Shown here piece by piece: positions 60,166 through 64,000 of a stretch of 64,000 bases of DNA. Source of the DNA: Phycisphaeraceae bacterium (lineage in GTDB: Bacteria; Planctomycetota; Phycisphaerae; Phycisphaerales; Phycisphaeraceae); assembly GCA_963674705.1 (NCBI GenBank), contig OY771506.1, positions 5,280,001-5,344,000 of the forward strand, given 5' to 3'. Every line of letters begins with the position of its first letter. Within the stretch, counting starts at the first letter, position 1. Position numbers and translations under genes: made by a program. The notes under the pieces were generated by a model. That model did no database searches and had not been told where the DNA came from. It saw only the letters and a program-made list of their open reading frames with translations.

Positions 60166-61638
60166 TTGAGCCGGCGACTTAACCAAACCTATCGCAGCAA
60201 AGCCCTGGACGAGTTAGCCAGGCAGTTGGCGTTTTCGCCGCCGGATAAACGCGTGCAGCAGATAAAGCGGATCGAAAAACTGCACGATCAGATCGATCCG
60301 GACAAGAACTACCCGCTGGACTTTCTGTTCTACCGGATCACCAATTATCGGCGAGAAGGCAAGGAGTCGGTCGTGCTGGCGGGTGAGGCTATTCTGCCGG
60401 ACCTTAGGCTGATGATCGATGCGCTGAGTCGGTCGGTACGTATCCCTCTCAATGACGACAACGAGCCTGTCGAAACCGTGCAACAACTGGCAAGCCGATT
60501 GGGCGTAAGCACGAAGACGATCGGGCGGTGGCGCAAAGCCGGCATGCGCTGGCGCTGGGTCGAGCCTGCCGACGGGGGCAAGAATATCGTCGTGATCCCG
60601 CGCAAGGCATCGGATCGTTATATCGAAGAACACCCTGAGCAGGTAATGCGCGCAGCCAGGTTCACGCAGATTGATCCCAAAACACGGCAGCGTATCATCG
60701 ACCGGGCTCGCCTGATTGCACGTAGGCGTGAGGTGTCTTTGAACCAGGTCGCGTCTCACCTTGCAACGAAAACGGGTCGAGGTTTGGAAACGATCCGGCA
60801 GTTGTTGATGCAGTATGACCGGGAACACCCGGAGCGTGCGATCTTCGGTGACTACGTCGGGCCTTTGGATCACAAACAGAAGCGGACGATAGCACGGGCA
60901 TACCGCATGGGCGTGTCGGTCGGCAAGATCGCCGCGCGATACAAGCGGGCGAGGTCGACGGTGTACCGGGCGATCCACCAGCACAGCGCGGGCAAGGCCG
61001 GCCGTGTGCGTCTGGATTACGTGCCTTCACCGACATTCGAGCGCGATGATGCCCAACAGGTGATACTGAGCCGGCCGCTCGAGGCGCTATTGCAACACAA
61101 GCAGCGAAGCAGCGCGCCGACCGACGGATTACCGCAGGAAGTCCGACCGCTGTTCAACCAGCCCCTGATCCCACAGGAACAGGTGCGTGCACTTTTCATC
61201 CGGTACAACTTCGTCAAGTTCAAGGCTGTACGAGAACGTGAATCCTTCGACAAATACAGCCCGGGTGCGAAGCAGGTCGGCGCGTTTAAACAGTGGGTTG
61301 AACAGGCAAGAGAGCTGCGGGACATACTCGTTCAGATCCACCTGCCGATCGTATTATCCGTGGCAAGACGGCACATGATCAGCGAAACCTCGCCGGGGCC
61401 GACACGTCTGATGGAATTGATCGAAACCGGGCTCGAAGTGCTGATCCAATCGGTCGAGACGTTCAACCCGACACGCCAGCAATTCGACTCATTCCTGACC
61501 AATCGTTTGATGGGCCGATACGCAACAACACCGAGTCAATCCAAAGGCATGGCCCACCGGCGAAGCGAACCGGGCGAGGCGCTGGCGAGGCTGGAAGCGA
61601 TCGCGCGTGAAGCGGGTGTCGGGATTGCTGACTTCTAA
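60166..61638 (+). CDS. Multi-HTH protein with a degenerate sigma70 region 2
   Basis: HTH motifs (LGVSTKTIGRWR; ARYKRARSTVYR) and HLPIVLSVARRH...LIQSVETFNP. Confidence 0.65.
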   Translation: MSRRLNQTYRSKALDELARQLAFSPPDKRVQQIKRIEKLHDQIDPDKNYPLDFLFYRITNYRREGKESVVLAGEAILPDLRLMIDALSRSVRIPLNDDNEPVETVQQLASRLGVSTKTIGRWRKAGMRWRWVEPADGGKNIVVIPRKASDRYIEEHPEQVMRAARFTQIDPKTRQRIIDRARLIARRREVSLNQVASHLATKTGRGLETIRQLLMQYDREHPERAIFGDYVGPLDHKQKRTIARAYRMGVSVGKIAARYKRARSTVYRAIHQHSAGKAGRVRLDYVPSPTFERDDAQQVILSRPLEALLQHKQRSSAPTDGLPQEVRPLFNQPLIPQEQVRALFIRYNFVKFKAVRERESFDKYSPGAKQVGAFKQWVEQARELRDILVQIHLPIVLSVARRHMISETSPGPTRLMELIETGLEVLIQSVETFNPTRQQFDSFLTNRLMGRYATTPSQSKGMAHRRSEPGEALARLEAIAREAGVGIADF

Positions 61639-61698
61639 TTGCTGATTGTTAATGTGTAGACCTGAACACGTCAGCGATTAAACATCCGCGATCAGCAA

Positions 61699-62061
61699 TC
61701 ATTCTCCTCGATATTCCACCGCACTCGTGCACGTCTCCCGCACGCGCACGGCTGACAACAACGGCAAATTCGGCTTGAGCCGATCGTAGATCCAGATCGC
61801 AAGTACTTCCGCGGTGGGGTTTTCCAGACCTTCGATATCGTTAAGGCAATAATGATCGAGCTGCTTGCGGATCGGCTCGGTCACCTGCTTGACTTCGCCG
61901 AAGTCCTGGAGATAACCCATTTCGGTGTCGAGTTCACCTTCAATGGTGATATCGACTTTAAAAGAGTGGCCGTGCAACCGCCGACACTTGTGCCCCTCCG
62001 GGAAAGTGGGCAACCAGTGAGCAGCTTCAAAATCAATCGTCTTGGTCAGGTGAATGTGCAT
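61699..62061 (-). CDS. queD: 6-carboxytetrahydropterin synthase
   Basis: FEAAH, CRRLHGHS, LDH and NPTAE. Confidence 0.95.
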   Translation of the reverse strand: MHIHLTKTIDFEAAHWLPTFPEGHKCRRLHGHSFKVDITIEGELDTEMGYLQDFGEVKQVTEPIRKQLDHYCLNDIEGLENPTAEVLAIWIYDRLKPNLPLLSAVRVRETCTSAVEYRGE

Positions 62062-62070
62062 TTGTTGGAG

Positions 62071-62195
62071 GGTGTGGGGGATTATATTTAGGATTTAGCA
62101 TTGATGATTTATGATTTGTACTAATGACTTTTCAGTTTTTCAGCTTTCCAGTCTCTTCCCCCCAACGCCGGTCCTGAGCGAAGCGAAGGGCCGGG
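62071..62195 (+). repeat. Composite dispersed repeat, copy 3
   Basis: Heptamer blocks plus core at 62160-62195. Confidence 0.85.
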
Positions 62196-62243
62196 TTTCT
62201 TCGGGTGTAGGGTGTAGGAATTCTATTTTCTGCTTTTCTGCTT

Positions 62244-62930
62244 TCAAACCCCCCTGGCACTCGCCGGCCAGATGAGTTTATGCAATTGGGTCTGGATTTG
62301 CACGGGCACGTGGTCTTCGAGGACCCATTGGGCGAGGTTTTGCAGGCTCAGGCCTTGCGAGCCGGGCAGTTCCTTGCCGGGCGGGGTCTCGTGCACCGCA
62401 CTGACGAGGATCGCGGCGACACGTTCCGCCAGCTTGTGTTCTTCGACCACCTTTCGGGCCCATTCGTAATCTTCACGCGAACAAAGTACGAACTTGACCT
62501 CGTCCTGCTTGGTCAGGTGCTCGATGTTCGGCCAGTGGTTGCGTTCGACCTCACCACTACCGGGGGTTTTCAGGTCCATAATACGTTTGACGCGCGGATC
62601 GCAGACGCTGATATCACAAGCGCCGCTTGTTTCAACCAGCACGGTCTTGCCCATATCACAAAGCTTGGCCATCAATTCATGAACCGGTTTTTGCAGAAGC
62701 GGCTCCCCGCCGGTGACTTCGTAAAGCTGGCAGTCGCCACCGATACGTTGAGCTTCTTCAATAATGTCATCGATCGATCGTCGGCTGCCCTCGTGAAAGG
62801 CGTACTCAGTATCGCAATAACCACAGCGAAGGTGGCAACCGGTCAGACGGATAAAAACGCAAGGCAAACCCGCACGGGTGCTCTCGCCCTGGATCGAATA
62901 GAAAATCTCGTTGATCTTGAGTGAACTCAT
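62244..62930 (-). CDS. queE: 7-carboxy-7-deazaguanine synthase (radical SAM)
   Basis: SIQGE, GCHLRCGYCDT, TGGEPL and QLHK. Confidence 0.95.
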   Translation of the reverse strand: MSSLKINEIFYSIQGESTRAGLPCVFIRLTGCHLRCGYCDTEYAFHEGSRRSIDDIIEEAQRIGGDCQLYEVTGGEPLLQKPVHELMAKLCDMGKTVLVETSGACDISVCDPRVKRIMDLKTPGSGEVERNHWPNIEHLTKQDEVKFVLCSREDYEWARKVVEEHKLAERVAAILVSAVHETPPGKELPGSQGLSLQNLAQWVLEDHVPVQIQTQLHKLIWPASARGV

Positions 62931-62968
62931 AACATTTTCACTTCGCTTAAATCATACAAACCAGTTGA

Positions 62969-63056
62969 AACAGGGATGAACGCAGATAAACACGGATAAA
63001 AAAACCAATAGCCCTCTGCCCTTCTCATCTGTGTCCATCCGTGTTCATCCCTGTTA
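62969..63056. repeat. Inverted repeat built from 9-mers
   Basis: AACAGGGATGAACGCAGATAAACACGGAT ... ATCTGTGTCCATCCGTGTTCATCCCTGTT. Confidence 0.75.
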
Positions 63057-63612
63057 CCTCCCCCTGTCTTTTCCCTGTGTCTCTTTGCCGCTGTGGTGAA
63101 GACTCTTTACCTTCCAACTCAGCAAGCAGTTCGCTGATACTTCGCCCTATCACGGGGTGGATCATGTCCGGAGCCAGATCATTCAACGGCTTGAGGACGA
63201 ACCACCGTTCGTGCATGCGTGGATGCGGGATCGTGATGCCCGGTTGGTTGATTGTTTTGTCGTCGTATAAAAGGATATCAAGGTCCAGCGTTCGTGGCTG
63301 ATTGCCCCCCTGCTCGGTTGAACGGGTCCGGCCACACGCTGCTTCGATCTTGTGGAGGTTCACGAGCAGTTCTCTTGGTGGCAGCGTGGTCTTGACAACA
63401 GCAGCCAGATTAAGGAACTTGCTCTGCCCCGTGGGGCTGTCGGGTGTCAGAATGGGCTCGGTTTCGTAGATTGGGCTGGTTACGATGGATAACACACCGG
63501 GCAGCGCACGGATTGCTTCCAGCGCGGACGCCAGATGTGCCTGGCGGTCGCCGAGATTTGAACCCAGAGCGATATACACAGTATCGGTCACAATGTGATT
63601 GTTGCCGGTCAC
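63025..63612 (-). CDS. folK: 2-amino-4-hydroxy-6-hydroxymethyldihydropteridine diphosphokinase
   Basis: YIALGSNLGDR, PRTLDLDILL and PHPRMHERWFVL. Confidence 0.95.
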   Translation of the reverse strand: MTGNNHIVTDTVYIALGSNLGDRQAHLASALEAIRALPGVLSIVTSPIYETEPILTPDSPTGQSKFLNLAAVVKTTLPPRELLVNLHKIEAACGRTRSTEQGGNQPRTLDLDILLYDDKTINQPGITIPHPRMHERWFVLKPLNDLAPDMIHPVIGRSISELLAELEGKESSPQRQRDTGKRQGEVTGMNTDGHR

Positions 63613-63667
63613 CCGCCGACAGGCAAACTTGGCTTCGATTCGTGCCTAAGATGACATACTTAAGAAG

Positions 63668-63828
63668 TTCACCGCAGAGGGCGCGGAGAACGCAGAGCGG
63701 AATATTAAAAGGTATCCACAAAAAACACAGACAGCACAGACTTCATGTCAAAACACCTCCGATTCAAGCCCGTGTGATCGGTCGAACCCCTGTCATGACT
63801 CTGTGCCTTCCGCGTTCTTTGCGGTGAA
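63668..63828. repeat. Inverted repeat built from 9-mers, with a nested related unit
   Basis: TTCACCGCAGAGGGCGCGGAGAACGCAGAG ... CTCTGTGCCTTCCGCGTTCTTTGCGGTGAA. Confidence 0.75.
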
Positions 63829-63834
63829 AACCGG

Positions 63835-64000
63835 ATGACCATGACTACCACTGCCAAACAATTGAACCTTGACGCGATCAATCCCGAGATGGAAGGCGCC
63901 CCGGCGCTGGACATCATCCGCTGGGCACACAACACGTTCGGCGATGGCTTGGTGCTATCCACCAGCTTCGGGATGCAGTCAGCGGTCATGTTACATCTGG
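63835..64000 (+). CDS. cysH: APS/PAPS reductase, 3'-truncated by the window edge (absent from the ORF track)
   Basis: Manual translation: [55 protein letters not shown]. Confidence 0.85.
   Translation, partial: MTMTTTAKQLNLDAINPEMEGAPALDIIRWAHNTFGDGLVLSTSFGMQSAVMLHL

Noticed and set aside
46099..62195. The 36-bp repeats as a CRISPR array
   Set aside because: The copies are 6-10 kb apart with no spacer periodicity, and no cas genes are present.
61699..62930. queD/queE as a 7-deazaguanine DNA-modification (dpd) island
   Set aside because: No dpdA/tgt-like or other dpd genes are nearby. The housekeeping context fits queuosine synthesis.
1..64000. tRNA, rRNA or known riboswitches
   Set aside because: None recognised by eye. 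An Infernal/tRNAscan run is needed to exclude them.

Overview
A 64 kb GC-rich bacterial chromosome segment. Gene content points to a planctomycete, probably Phycisphaerae (inference from PEP-CTERM proteins with dockerin-like repeats, LEPRxLL proteins, prepilin/H-X9-DG proteins and an oversized SecA). The left part (0-17 kb) is glycan-related: a clan GH-A-like protein, GH43, a GntR/LacI regulator, two lamin-tail PEP-CTERM paralogues, a prepilin-type protein, a Tat metallophosphoesterase, a modular GH57, a URO-D-like protein and GH78. The middle holds hemW, secA with an upstream hydrophobic ORF ending in LPPP (candidate SecM-like arrest peptide), two LEPRxLL paralogues, sucC, an arsR-arsP-thioredoxin-ccdA operon with two matching operators and an inserted MddA-like methyltransferase, and an ECF sigma/anti-sigma/pseudopilin operon. 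The right part holds ilvC, lipA, tandem PEP-CTERM genes, an MCP, nnrE, ispF, an NtrC-type regulator, mqnA, a sigma-like protein, queD, queE, folK and the start of cysH. Mobile DNA comprises a DDE IS nested in a REP-like hairpin inside an IS630-like MITE, an intact IS630 at the ispF stop codon, and several short dispersed repeat families, some of which enter coding sequences. I saw no rRNA, tRNA or CRISPR array. All calls are from reading motifs by eye; no database searches were run.
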